Positions 19,167 through 33,604 of a stretch of 64,000 nt of DNA are shown piece by piece. Each line of letters opens with the position of its first letter. Within the stretch, counting starts at the first letter, position 1. Position numbers and translations under genes: made by a program. Source of the DNA: Phoronis australis (taxonomy: Eukaryota; Animalia; Phoronida); contig NMRA01000499.1 of assembly GCA_002633005.1 (NCBI GenBank), positions 186,001-250,000 of the forward strand, read 5' to 3'. Below the pieces are notes generated by a model. That model was given only the letters and a program-made list of their open reading frames with translations, was not told the origin of the DNA and ran no database searches.

Positions 19167-21836
19167 CTGTTTTATTTTCATTCATCACATCCTTTTTAAG
19201 GTTACATTACATCCCAGGAGCAAAACTATTAGTTTTACTTTGGGGGGTGTCAGCTGCAATTGGCCAAATTTTTACTGTGTCTACGCTAAAAACGCTTTGA
19301 AATGTACAGGAGAGTATAAGCAGAAAATTTGTCAAACGAACTAGTACTCTTGAATAAAGGGGAAAATTCATGATGGCAATTATATCACTTTTCATTCTCA
19401 ATTACTACATCATTACATTTCACTAAAAAGTTTTTTAACAACAGTAGTTGTTGAATATCTCAAAAGCATTTAATGAAAACAATTCACTTGGGTCAAATTT
19501 CACAAGCAGTAAAGAAACGTTTTGATATTTCAGAAGTGTGGACTGACAACCAAAATGAACCAACTCACAAGGAACTAACTTGACAAGCAAATATAGGCTG
19601 CTCAACTCATCACAACAGAAACACCTCAAGTTTTACTATTATAAACCTTCTGTTCTTTTGTCTACTCAAAACAATGGTTTTTGAATTGATGCCATTGCAG
19701 TTTTTTGACTTTGAGTAAAAATGAAATAGGTCTTCATTATTCGTCGCTAAGCGGAGGCAATTTTTGTAATTGTATAACAGACTGAACCAATCATAGACCA
19801 TACGTTTCATGAACAAAGCTGTTGCGGTTCAAAAAATTGGTTAAATCCTTGTAGCTCTGTTGTCCAGGTGTTATAACAAGTTAGGAAACTGGACACTGGC
19901 TCCTAGGTGTAATTCAGGGTGGCGATGAAACCCTCCATTGATGGATCTCTTTGGCCAACTTTTCCTTTCTTTGCCCAAATAAATCCACAATTATTAGAGA
20001 GTGGTACGCCCCGACAAATAATGCCCGTGACCTCTTATCAGCATGAGTTTATCAGTATTCTACAGACAAACTTGTAATTATGAACATTTGCAAAGAAAAT
20101 ATTGGAAAACATCTTTTCCTAAATATGAACAGCGTATTTGAAATGAATCATTTCTTCACCAAGTTTACTAATGTGCCACACTAATGAACGCAAGACCCAG
20201 TTTATCAATACCCTCAGTTAAAATGTAATTACATTGAATGCATCTATTGATTGCATGATTAGTCAACTTGTAAGTACTACGGATTAGAGATGACACATGG
20301 AATTAACGATAACAAAGCAATGATTTTATAAATTTGCAAGACATTTTTTTTCTGATTAGAGTCATCAATGGGTTTTAGAATGCACAACAACTTACATTGA
20401 CATTTTTTATGTCCTGCATTCATTCAACATTGGGTATCAACGGATCTTGTAATTCATAAAACAAATCTCACTGCTGTTACATACAACATTTTTTTGGCAT
20501 TGAAATAAGACAAGGACTATGAGTTATCATATCTCGGTGTATTCCACCAATCTTACTTGGCCAAAATTACCGTTATCCTATCTCAATATAATCTACCAAA
20601 CTTACCAAGCTCAAGTAACTGTTTTTAAACTACCTCCTTACACCATTATCAACATGAATTGATGGTATTACTTATGCAGAAATTATATCTCAATTTTCAA
20701 AGCTACTGGAGTACTCATTAGTAACATTAGCCATTCCCATTAAAAGTTGGCTTTCCTATGAAGTTTACGAAGCATAGCAGCTAACTATGCTAACAAATGA
20801 CAAATTCTGAGTGGAAATGGCGATGATAAAGCAAGGTCAACTAGTCAGCCACCTTGGCGAACACTTCGCAACTTATCCAAAAAAAGGGTTAATTTATGAA
20901 ACCTGTCGCGTATTGACTTCCAGTCAATGTGATTAAAATCAGAATTTCATTGAAATTGTTGTTTTGCTTCTAATACCAAGAAAAACCATTGGCATGCAAA
21001 GATCCCATTGTCACTTAAAAATGCACTTACTTTCTTCATTGATTTTTTCTGGTTCTACACATATCTACGACAAAGCTGGTCTGCGGAATTTAAGATGACT
21101 TTGGCAAAGAACTCCAACTCCAGTTTTTTGGTTGCTGTTTACTTTTTCAGCGTGCGCAATAACCACAGAGAATTTCAGTTGATATCACATAAGTTAGGCA
21201 AGGACAAGCATGAGACTGAGTAAAGTGCGTGACCTTGCACGTGACACATATAAAATGTAACATGGGAAGATATCCAGTTGTAAGATTTGTGTCCCTTGGA
21301 CTCTTTGTTTGTCAGTAAGAAAGACTTCGCGTAACTTCTTCTAAATGGCACCCGGTGACGAAAGATCAAGCGAATCACCACAGATTTTCATAAATACGTT
21401 CAAATTATGTTGACTACATTGTCTCCAGAGTCGGTGTGTGTTAATCATAATTCGATGTGTATATTCATGTTTCACTCAATGTAATTTTGAGATGAGTAAC
21501 TTTTTGTTGCCCCTGTATGCCAGTGTCATACAGGGTGATGTAATTGCCACGGCATATCATTTTCAAAAGAACACATGCTCTTGTGGACATTTTTAGCCTT
21601 GAGAAAACATGTGTGCTTGCTGACATTATTTCAATGACATTATCCAGAGCTCATACTCAAGGTCAAATTAGGTCTACATCATGGTCAAGTTATTACATAA
21701 TTGAACAAATCTTCATCTTTTGATTAAAAATAAAGGGAAAATGATCATAATTTAAAGAACTATCTCATGTATACATGTCATCCTATTACTATGGAGGCAA
21801 CCACTTTAAAATGGACCCCTGGTAACTGACACCACC

Positions 21837-22272
21837 AGAGTGTGGTGAATCTGCACAGTGAGTGTAGTAAAGTCATCTCTTAATCACTCTCCTATGGACA
21901 ATTCTTCTTTGGTCGACTGTTTACGACGCCTGGCATTGAAGCAAGAGATAACGGGCTCGAAACTTGGACTAGGTGATTTCTCATTAAATTGGCGCCCATC
22001 AACTGGACATACTCACGACAGCCTCCTAAGTTTGATAGTGCCATGGCTGAGGAGGATGTGGATGAAGAGGGGGCCGCTAGCCCTAATCAGTGGGTGGGGA
22101 AGAGTGTGGTGAACCTGCAGTAAGTGTTGTAATATCAAGTCCACTCTTAATCATTCGCCTACAGCAGGAAGAGATCTACAGGCAATTGCTCTTTGGTCGA
22201 CTGGTTAGGACGCCTGACGAAGCAAGCCAAGTACCAGGTTCGAAACTTGGACTTGGGTCTTGGTGATTTTTC
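21837..22272. repeat. Two diverged direct repeats, period ~264 bp
   Basis: agagtgtggtgaa...ctcttaatca...ctttggtcgactg...gacgcctg...gaagcaag...cgaaacttggact occurs from 21837 and again from 22101. Confidence 0.7.
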
Positions 22273-23966
22273 ACTACAATAATTTGATAATGGTCGAGAT
22301 CCACACATCACAATTAGACTAATTTCGTCAGCAGTCCCCGAAAATACTTATTTACGTGTCTACAGTCCCGGGCAGCGGTTTGGTTGAGTGGAAACCAAAG
22401 CTAAAACTCTAGTCTAAGAGTCGAGCCAAATTTGACATCCAGCAAGCTGTAACAGAGATTGACTCCAGTCGTCGACCAGTCTTAATTTCAAAAATTCAAC
22501 ACCACCTAAAATTATCACACTGTGTAGACTAGTCAAGACAGTAAATCGAAAGGCCATGCCCTAATGATTAGAAAATTAAGTCTTACCAAAGAACCCTGTC
22601 AACCCAGTTTCTAATTTTCCATATCTCTGACAAATGATCGTGTTATAACGCGATGACTTGCGAGATTAATGAGTGTATAGAAAATACAACTTCATCCAAG
22701 TTTACTGCAATAGATAAAACTACATTTGAAAACAAAGTGTAAATTGAAAACCCAAAAATATGAAAAAATACATTTAATATATTTTAAAAGAGCAAAAAAG
22801 AAGTAATAATAATTTAATAGTTATTATTAGTAATTTATTATCATAGCTAGAATTGCTAAATTAAGTAAACTCAACTATGGCGCTAAAGCCATCGGTCAAA
22901 TATTCGTTTGTGTTTTAAAGTGGTAGAAATTTGAGGGTTTGTTTGCTCCCAAAAGTCGATCATTATGAAGTGTATTGTGCTATACAATAAGAACATCCGT
23001 TGTTTTATTTTACTCTGTTCAATAACATAACGGTTAGCGTCTGCTAATTTATTTTGGTGGCTGTAGATTGACCTTGGTTATTTGTCAACTTTGTTTCAGA
23101 TTCTTTCTTTGGGGTCCTGCTAAGCTGCTAAGTGCTACTTAGGCTAAGCAAAAGCATTAAGTTAGAAACATGGGAGCTAATCTTGATCTGTTTAGAACTC
23201 ACCTGGTGTACACTATAAATAAAAAGGGAGTACTGTATATGCCATTCTCATCAACTATAGCCAGGTGACAGCCCTTATCAATATCATGCCAAGCGCCCAA
23301 GCTGGAGTGGTATAGAACTTCGCACCAATTTGGGTAACAAATGACCCAATGAAATCTGGGTAATAATCCCTTAGGTGGTTCCCTGATTTAAAGTTGATTT
23401 GAGAATCAGTTACTACCACTGAATAATGGGTTTTCTGTTCAGCGGGAGTAATTGATTCTCGGGATAATCAGGGACTCTTTGTATCGGATAATATCGTATT
23501 TCCAAAATCTGACGCAAAATTAATGACATTAAAAACTACACTCTTCCTTTCCTTACTAGTTTCTAGTGCTGAAAGAAATGGTGTTCTATCCATAATTGTA
23601 ATGTTGTATTGCTGTTAAAGTTATAGATTGAGTTGGTTGTGAAGAGTGTCTCGAAATAGAGTGCCACCTATTAGCCAATTTCTTTTTTCAAGGATTCTCC
23701 GTTCAACTGTTCTTCCTCAAGGCTGCTGTAGTGTGTCGAGGTTTGGTGCAATCTCGTCACTTCATGACGGGCTTGTTGATCTCTTTGATGGGCTGCTGCT
23801 TGACCTCTAATCGGGGTCATTCTTTGTTTGACCCCTAACACAAGCCACATTGAAATGAGATTGCGAACCTCAGCAGTTCTACAGAGCGACTTATGACATG
23901 ATGTATGACGTATCGTATAGTTTCACCTTGTGTTTTTTAATTTACAGGTGAACAGAACCAGTAAGA

Positions 23967-26900
23967 ATGGCTGATAATCACAGTAACAGCGAAGATCCTA
24001 AAACAATTGTCTGCAGCAGTCCAGCTAGTGACAGTACTAAGACATTTGCTGTAAGACTATACTTGAAATCAGTAGAGACTCTGGTTTTCCATTAACAAAA
24101 ACAGAGAAAACCATTTTAGCAGACATTTGTGTTTTTCCATTGTATATACCGATATTATCAAATTCCGTTTTACTATTTTTCAAAGTGAAGAAGAATTCGG
24201 AAATTACCAAACTTTTTCTGGTGAATCAAGCCACTGCTCCGTTTTATTGACAACTTGCTACACGCCAGGTTTGTCTCCACACTAGAAAAGGAGCAGCATC
24301 GCCTTTAGAAAGAATGATTTGTTACTTAAAGATGTCTGCTTCAAAACAGTCATCGATCAATTTGTGGCCAGAATATGTCAAATTTATTGGATTATGTTCT
24401 TAATTTTTGATAAATTAAAAATTAAAAACATTAGAATTGCGGTATATGCTTCTGAAATGTTAAAATTTCCTTCACAATCTCTAATTCTGCTGAAAAAAGT
24501 CAGATTCTGTGAATTCTATTATCGCAGAGAACAAGGATCTTTACACTCGAGAAGAGATGTGCTTAGGCCTGTCCATATTGCGTTTTCTCTATAATGCAGC
24601 GACAACAGCTGGTTGCTGAATCGTGTCGTGGCAAATCAAAAATAATGCATAAAAGCAGAGCAATGTGAGCGGTTAGAAGAAACTGTTTCCTGACATATAT
24701 ATGTCACTTTTAGTTGAAAGATAGAGTGTTTCTGAATCAGCTGAGAACTCGTATAGTGCGGATAGGCCTTATGAACTTCTGTGCTTAAACTCCGACGAGT
24801 GTTCTGTGTGGCAGTAAACTGGTAACACTGGTCCTTCCTCGTGTGTTTTCAAAAAGGAGTTGACCTGTTTGATTTATCTCTTCGGTATAGAAGTTTTTTT
24901 TTGAGGCGAGATACAGAATAGTATTTGTGCGTTGGAAACTGAAGAGATGGAAAGGTTTTAAAAACAAAATGGTGGTGGCAGAAGTCGGGTTTAATGTTGC
25001 TGTTGTGTTGTTTGATAATTGTTCATTCAATGTTTTTTTAACTTCATAGGTTTCAAGCTGAATAATAACATCTGGGCTGAGTTGCATAAAACTTCAAAAG
25101 TTATCCGCTGGATAAGTTAGATTGTTGTATGACGTCAGGTGCATTGTTCAACAATAACAACGTGACACGTGATAATGCGATGTCATTGTTGCTATAAGGC
25201 GTATAATTTTATGCAACTGGGCCCAGGCGATTAATAATTTTCCGTCCTTTATGGTGATGGTTGGACATGCCACCAAATCTGTTTTGCTCTTCATTAAAAA
25301 TTGTTGAATTGATAGATCTTTGGAAGAGATTCAACTATTCATTGGATAAACTTAACAAGAAATTTCTATTACCAAGTAACGCAATGGGCAAAAGCAACAG
25401 TTCTGTTGTCTTTAGTTTGATAGTTGAGCTTTTTAAGTATTTTTATTTGTGTAATTGCCACTGTTCAATGATGTAACCAACTTTTAGTGAATATGGCAGT
25501 GTGGCTTAAAACAAGTTACGAAATGTTCAAAATCAATATAAAGTCAGAATTATAGGAGATTATGTAGAGGCAGAATAGAAAAATTTTGATTTGAACTTAG
25601 TCCACAGTTTGACACCTTGCATTCACACAGTCATTGCTTTCTGCTATGTCATAACTCTGCACTGTATTGACAGGAACACGAAACCTGTTTCCAAAGTCTG
25701 TCCAGTATACAGACTGTACGCTGCACTGAGGCCACGTGTAACTGTGGACTGTTCCATTGTCCCCTCTGTGACAAAGAGACATTCCCTCCTGTTCCTAAGT
25801 TGTCTCAGGTCAGGGAACACGTAGCAGTCCACTGGAAAAGTAGAGTGGAATACAGAGGTGAGTGGGAAAAGACTGGAGTGTTGAGAATTCAAAATCAATG
25901 TTTCCGTTCTGGTATAATCCCACGGGCTCGTAAATAGGGAGCTCTGAAAAATGGGGGGCGTAAAAAGATGGGCTTGTACTCGAGCAGATAGTTTTATAAG
26001 AGAGAATAACAAAAGTTGGGTGGGCCTATTCCTGAGTAGATGTGGTAAAGAAAATGCTGTTTCTGTAAAACTGTTGTACTTTTTGTGCACAATGAATACT
26101 GGCTTGGTTGTAATTCTTTATATGTTAGCGACCTCATGAGTAGATGAATTTTCACTTTTTTGTGGCAGCCCTGTTGCTAGTTGTCAAAACATTTTGAATG
26201 AACTTCAGATCAGTTGAAAATAATCATCTGAGGCAGTATATTAAACCGTCTTCAGTTTAGAACACAATTCTCTATTTGTTGTGTATAATCTGACTGTTGA
26301 ATATGAAACAGAAATAATCGGTATTGTCTAGTGGTTGGATTTTGAGATTGGTGGCTGGAAATAACTAAAATAATTATGTGCAATATTTTTTTTTAAATGT
26401 TAGTTGTATTAACGTTTATCCGACCTGATTTAAGGTCCATGCAGAAGTGCCGACTTATAATAATAGTAATGATTGGACTACAGTGATGATGTCACTGGTC
26501 AGGGCTGTTGATGCATCTACTTTGTTGTTTCTTAGGAAAATTTGTCGTTCAATGTCTGAAGACGTGTGATAAGGGAGCGCCTCACTACCACTGCCCTAAG
26601 TGTGGACAGACTGTATACAGGAGGAGCAGCTTCTCGGCACATCTTGAGTGTCACAGGCCAACAGAGGTCAGTGACGAGCTGTAGCTGTTCTTGATTAATT
26701 CGCCCAGACATAAGGCTTTGTTTAAGCACTTTCTGGGCTTAACTCTTATTATTCTGTATTGTATTATTCATAATAAATGTTGAAAATAATGTTAGACCCC
26801 GACTACCTCATTGTAAATATAGCTGAATCTCCCAGACACTGTGAACATGTCCCTTGAAGTCCATGAGCTATTCCAGTAAAGCTATTTCACAGTGTTAAAT

Positions 26901-29900
26901 TAAAATGTACTCTGAAATTGTTATTAATCTACCAATTGACATTTCATCAATTTATCTTGGTTGAAAATGCTTGAGTCTGATGTAATTTTCATTCAGGTTA
27001 ATTTAATTGTTGTCACAAAAAATAAGATTGATAAATTTTTGAGACACCTAATAAATTGCACCGTGCTATTTCAAAAATATTCCTGTAAATTTTCCGAAAA
27101 CAGTTTTTCTTGCACCAGGCTCATTAGGACACTCAGGTATTAGGCCAGTTTGAAGATGGAAAACAAACGAGGATTTACTTACCCGGTGACACCATTGTAT
27201 TGTTCGTGTTGATGAATTTAACCCTTTGGACAATTTCGAACCATTTAGGATGACTTAATCAAAACAAATCAGTAAATATCAAACTCCAACTGATGAAGTG
27301 AGTACATTTCAACAGTGTTGGCCAGTTGAATAAGCTGCCTTCTATTATAATTTTAGGTTTGTCTGAAATTTCGCAAATTGCTTAAGTCTGGAAAGACAAA
27401 AAGAATGATGGAAGAGTGTGATTGTGCAGCAGAGGCTCTAGCTTTAGGTCAGTCCACAGAGGCTGTAGCTTTAGGTCAGTCCACATGTGGGTGATCTCAT
27501 TTCAGGTGTTTCTCACTATGGCGGCTGTCATCAACCCCAACTTATTCCAATACATACCTGGGGACGCTGCTACAGTTCTGGCCTCTGTCCAGGACAGCTG
27601 TAACGTATCGTGTAACCTGACTGGCACCAACTGGTGTGTGGTGCAGGGCAAGTGGGAGAATGTTAACAGGGCACGACTCATGCTGGAGGACCTGGTTGTT
27701 TTGCCTGTTACCATGGAGATAGAAGACTCCCCAGGTGGGTGGTAACTGAATGTGCTGGCTAGTGATGTATGTTGAGCACACTGTTCTTCGTATTTCCCTT
27801 CCCAACTTTATTAGGCTTACATCTGTAATTTGTTTATGCTGAGATCTGCGGTTACGGTTATTCTTCACCTGTTTGGTACACAGTATGGCACATAAGTGAA
27901 GCTTTATTTTGTCTAATGTCTCAACAGGAATAGATATTAAGAACATTTCAGTGTGTTACCTTAGTAACATGAAGGTGTCATAATGCGACATTTGATTAAC
28001 TTTCTACTTGTAGCATAGTATTCAGCATTTGAGAAATAACAAAATTACAATTCTGTTACTTTTTGTGTGAAATTAGGGAGGAATTGCCGTAACTTACTTA
28101 CTGCCTCTACCAAAGATAGGTGCAAGAATTCATTCATGTTGTTCCATCAGTTGTAGATACAGATGAGTACAGTAGGGAGCAGGTCACGAATGAGCTGGAA
28201 GAGGCTGGTGATAACGGTGGAAGCGTGGAGCTTCAGCCACCATCACTGGTCACTCCGAGGAAGAGAGGTCGTCCACCTAAAGTTCATAAAGGTTGGTGGT
28301 CGCTATTGAATGTCTCTGTTGTGATGCTTTGTTCTTGATGTGTGCGAATTAAACAAAGAAACATTAATAACCTCAATTCTTCAAGAGATGATTTATATTT
28401 TGCCATCTAAGAGGACCAAACAGCTTTTCATTTCCGCTGACGTAACATGAGTGTAAGAATTTTTATGCAAATTTATTCCCCCACCTCCCATTACTCAATT
28501 TGTGAAACATCTCTGCTCTGTAGTTTTGTTTGCTTCATGTTAGAATTTTTAACTTGTGTATGCATAGGCACAGTCAGATGACTATAAGTCTTGTATTCTG
28601 TCAGTCAAATCTAAGTGTAGTTATAAGCTTGATTATTTATGAATACACCTTCTCAATTGCTGTGCTAATGAAGTTCTCGTGTTTGTTTGTACAAAGTGTG
28701 ATTTGTACAAAGTTTGATTGTTTTTCAAGATGATCGGAAAGTTGAAGAGAAGGAAACCGCGGTCCCAGACGAGGGTGAGCAGAACAGCAGAGAAAGTGGA
28801 GTAGGGTGTGAGGAGGTAGGTACCAGGAATCTTTGTGTGAGTGCATTGGTCCTTGTGTAGACTGAGCATCTACTGGTACGTACTGGTGGATGTGTAAATA
28901 ATATCTTGTTAGTATCTTCAGCTTGTTTCAACTCTGGCTTACTCTGCCAGTGACAGCCCTTTAACAAACTATTAATATAATGGTGTCACTCATTATTTTT
29001 ATGCACCCACATATTGCCGTCGTCTCTGTCTGGGCGTCCAACGTCTGCAGCTGTATCTCGTAAATGCTTTGCAGGATCTTAATGAGATTTGGCAGGTGTG
29101 TTCCTAAGAAGCTTGATGATGGATGTGGACATCTTTTGGACCAATCCCAATACCGCTGTGCCCCCTAGTGGCAATTTTAATTTTTTATGGTTGCCTTTGT
29201 ATCTTCGTAATTCGTGGATGAATTTTCATGAAATTTAGCAAATAGGTTTCTATTATGAATGCGACGACACCCTTTTCGGATGTCTTTGTCTATTCTGCGC
29301 CACCTTGTGGCGTTTTTTTATTATTATTTTTACTTTTCCAATTTGTTTTTTGATGTCCGCCTTTCTGCCAATCCGCTTGAAGGATCATTTTCGGGCATGT
29401 TCGACTACTGTGGCATTCTAGTGGGGATTTTGATTCATTTTGCGTCCACGTCTGTGTCTCCTTAACCCTTTGGAGGAACTTTGTGAAATTTAGCAGATGT
29501 GTTCCTTTGGAGCTATTTTGTGACGAGTTTCAGACCCATTCAACTACCATTGTGCCCTCTAGTGGCAGTTTTAGTTGTTTGTGTTTGCCTCTGTATTTTC
29601 GGAGTTCATCAATGGATTTTTGTGAAGTTAAACAAACAAGTTTTTTATTAAGGAGATGAGGATAATCTACCATTTTTGAATGAATTTGATGTACTTTCGC
29701 GCCACCTATTTTATTTTTTCGAGTATGTTTTTTGTTCCTGTTAAGAAGATGGTTATTCGTGGGATGTTACAACTGTGATGCCTCCTGGTGGCGATTTTTG
29801 TCTTTTTTGCTTCCTCAGCTGTATTTTCATTCTCTCTTAGTGAAATCTTTGCAATAATTAGTTTTATAGTATAAATGTGACTACAGCTACCTACAACTTT

Positions 29901-32900
29901 TGGACAGTTCGGACTACCACTGTACCCCTAGTGGCAATTTTAGTTTTTACGTTAGCATAAGTATCCTCAGAGTTCTTTGACAGTTTATATTGAAATGTGT
30001 TCTTGTTATGTATTGGCCGACTTATAGTCTGGAGGTCATACACAGAGGCGCCTATATGTCAAGTCATGCATCCTACAAATTGACTGTACCCAAAACATCG
30101 CCAGAAGTAATGGAGAATTAAATTTGTTGCACGTCATTTGCTGGCAGATCACAGATGGCACCCGACGGTCAAGCAGGAGGAGAGTAGTAAATCGGAGGTT
30201 GAGCGAGTATGCTGTGCCCAAGAAACTGAGACAGTCTGGCCTCGGTAGTGAAGACTATGATGATCTGGAGTCACTGTCTGAGGACGAGTTCGGGGCAGAG
30301 GAGGGACAGGATGTGAGTTGTTAAGTTGGGGTTGTAACGATTGGTGCAGCTGGGTGTCGGGAACAAATCGATTCTGGTTAAACAAAGGCATTTCTCTAAT
30401 TAGTAGTATCCAGCTCAGTACAGCTTATGTATTGTGCCGCTGTGTTCATTTTAATTGTCTGTTCTTCGAACCATGTTCCCAGTCATTTTATTTTGTCTTG
30501 GTATTTGTGTATGTATTTGCTGCATGTTCACTTAAAGGACATTAAACCCCGTTTTGGTGACAAGCTTAGAGGGGTGAAATATGGTATCCCGTGGTTTTTT
30601 AACAAGCCGGGAGGGTTGTAATATGCTGTTCCTTTCTTGTCTAACAAGCTGAGAAGAGCATGATATAGTGTCCCTTGGTTGTCTAACAGTTCTGATATTC
30701 ATTAGCACTTGCTGGCTATTTCACTTTATGCAATATTTCACCTTTTTTGCAGGAAAATGTCAAAATTGTACCTGTCCGTTATTACGAGGGTGATAACAGT
30801 GTAGACAATGTAAGTAAAACTGATCCATGCTTTATATGAACCAATGTTGTCAAGTGTTGTAAACATTCAAGCAAAATCTATTGCAACCAAAACTGTTGCT
30901 TTGCTAGTTTTGAATTATGGACTTTTTCAGTATGCTTTCCTTTGTCAGTGTATCCGTGTTTGTGAAATTAGCTGCCATATTTTTATGCATCTGCTGCTCT
31001 AGTTAAATCCCTTGGAAGTTCGTAGATGTGTTCCTAAGGAGCTGACAACGACGTTTGGACAGATTGACTACTTCTCCATTGTGTGATGGATTTGTCATAT
31101 TCTGCACCCCTTTGTGGCCATTTTTAAATTATTTTGAGTCTGTTTTGGCATCCAAGATCTTTCATTTTTATTTTTGCATCTTCGTGAAATTTAGCATAAG
31201 TGTTGCTATAGAGGAAAGCATGATTTGTGTCGATTTTTGGTCAGATTGTGTCCCAGTGATAAATTTTCATTGCTTCTCTTTTAATAATATTTTCCAAGTT
31301 CTTTGGTGGATCTTCATGAAATTTGTCCATGATGTTCCTGATGTGGTGAGCCTGGACAACTGATGTTGATATTGCGTGAATACAATCACAGTGGAAATGA
31401 GCCCCCGTTATTTATTTAGGTGTGCAATACACTCGGTGGGCGCATATTAATGCTTTGGGTTACTCTTGTTACTAAGTAAAGGATGGATGGCACCCACTTG
31501 TTTTCACAGGACTAGACTTTGTACTTAGTACCATGCCATCTAAATTGTTTTTAAAATTATCACTCTTCAGGCATTGCAGTTTGCTGTGCAATTAAAGAGT
31601 GCATACCAATGCTTTACTGCCCTTGTCAAAGGTTTTGTTGAATTTCAGCATGTGTAATGTGTTGGGAGTTATAGAAATGTAGGAGCTGGTCAAAGTTGAA
31701 TGATGGTGAAATTTTCTTAAGTAGCATTTATTTTAACTAAGATATTTGCAGTTAAGGTGTTTAAAGCTGCTTAATTCAGCCTCGCTCTTGTATTAGGATC
31801 GTCTGCTGGTGGAACACTTCATTGTTATAATGCATCCTAAAATTGAATTCAGTCTCAGTCAGGGAAGGTCTCTTGCATGGAAAAGGAAAGTGAATTCCTT
31901 CCAACTGTGATGAGAAGAATAAGTCCTCTGAATAAGGATATGATGGTTGAACCACTCGGCAATCGTATTACTGTTTCATAGGTGACATATAGACATGGTA
32001 TAAGTAACATGCAAATCTAATCATAACTTATGCTCATGTATTTACATTATCATTTGCCTCATGTTGACTGTTGTTTACATTTAACTCTTATTGATTGTGG
32101 TTTTGAAAACATACATGTGAGTGGTCGATATTCACTGGTTGGAACCTTGTCTGGTAAGTGAGGTCTTTAATTGCCTTTTCTTTTACAGCCTGAGCTCTTG
32201 GAAGTGCCTTCTGGTGTTGACCTCAATATTCAGCAGGATGACCTTGGAGCGACCACAGTTAGTCTCACTCTCAAAGATGATACGCCTCCGGCATTACCTG
32301 TTCGAAAAGTGGTCGTGTCACGTGCGAAGCCACAAAAGAGGTGCGCCAGTTGCCGAAAGACGTTTGCCACCTCTAAGCAGTTGACGAATCATTTCAAGTT
32401 GGGACAGTGTTTTAAGGTGGGTGCAGGTGACTTGAAGTGCACAAAATGTGAGTACAAGGCTCATCGCTCATTCGACCTTAAGCTTCACTTTGAACGTCAC
32501 CACCAGGAGAAGATGTGGGAGTGTTCGGTATGTAACAAGAAGTTTGGTCCCCTGTATGATCTAAAGATGCATTACAAGTACACGGGACATAACGGTGGTC
32601 AGAAGACACAGCGGACCAAGTCAGAGTGTCCCATCTGCCGGAAAGTTATCCAGCAAAAGGGAATGCAGAACCATATTCGGACTGTGCATGAAAACATTCG
32701 GCCATATTCCTGCGAGATATGCAGCAAAGCATTCTGGACTAAGCATCTGTTGAAAACGCACCTGGAAAGCCACAAGGACATGGCGGATCGTGTGCGACCG
32801 TTTACTTGTGACATCTGCAACCAAGGATTCTTTCACAAGATGGCGCTCGATGATCACCGCACAAAGCACACTAGCTCGCCAAAGTACTCGTGCGAGCAGT

Positions 32901-33604
32901 GTGGCAAGCAGTTCTACTACTACACAGGCTGGCAGCGCCACCTGGTGTCGCACACAGAGGACCGGCCATACGAGTGCTCCATATGTAAGAAAGCATTCAA
33001 GACAAGCAGCAACTTGTACGCGCACAAGCAGAGTCACGGACAGCCAGCATTCGTGTGTCGTTGTGGCAAGGCCTACCAGCATAAGCACAACTTGGTGGCA
33101 CACGCCAGGCGGTGCCCTCTGGCGGGAAGTCATGAGGCCGAAGGTGAGACGGTGGAAGTGGACACATTTGCCACTAACCAGCGTTTCATGTGTGGCTACT
33201 GCACGGAGACATTCAATGACTTTGCAGCAGTTCAGGAACATCTGGGCCAGCACGTAGTTGCAGGGGATACAGACAGTGTACAGATTGAAGCCGGCGAGTT
33301 GGATGCCAGCATGCTAGAACACTTGGCGGTGGCTGCTGTCGAGGCAGGCTCAGATAATCTGGATACATTACAGCAGTTGGCACTAACTGCTATGCATCAC
33401 TCGGCACATACGAGCGAAGGAGAGACAGTGGTGGTGGATGAATCAGAGAGTGGAACAGCTGCCACAAGCATCATATCCAGCCAGCAAGTGTTAGACGGTG
33501 ACGAGAGTCAAGAGATGGTGAGTATCTTGGTGACAAGGCAAGATGGAGAGGTACAACAGATATTGGAAGTGAAGGAAAGTGAGAGTGGATCAACACATGC
33601 ATGA
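23967..33604 (+). CDS. AT-hook-containing C2H2 zinc-finger protein (~709 aa, ~10 fingers)
   Basis: Phase-consistent exons 23967-24050 (MADNHSNSEDPK...), 27506-27734, 28151-28291 (AT-hook PRKRGRPPK), 28730-28774, 30155-30312 (basic RRSSRRR plus acidic tract), 30753-30809, 32189-33604 (tandem C2H2/C2HC fingers with HTEDRPYEC-type linkers). The last exon is secure; upstream linkage is inferred from splice sites and phase. Confidence 0.8.
25072..25226. mobile_element. MITE
   Basis: Imperfect TIRs CTGGGCTGAGTTGCATAAAA / TTTTATGCAACTGGGCCCAG. Confidence 0.6.
28995..30000. repeat. Intronic copy of the CCCCTAGTGGC / GAAATTTAGCA repeat family
   Basis: Repeated ccctagtggcaatttt and gaaatttagca units; starts with tttttatgcacccac followed by gtctctgtc. 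Confidence 0.55.

Noticed and set aside
32621-33257. Long antisense and alternate-frame ORFs (210 aa, 155 aa)
   Set aside because: Shadows of the zinc-finger exon with no recognisable motifs.
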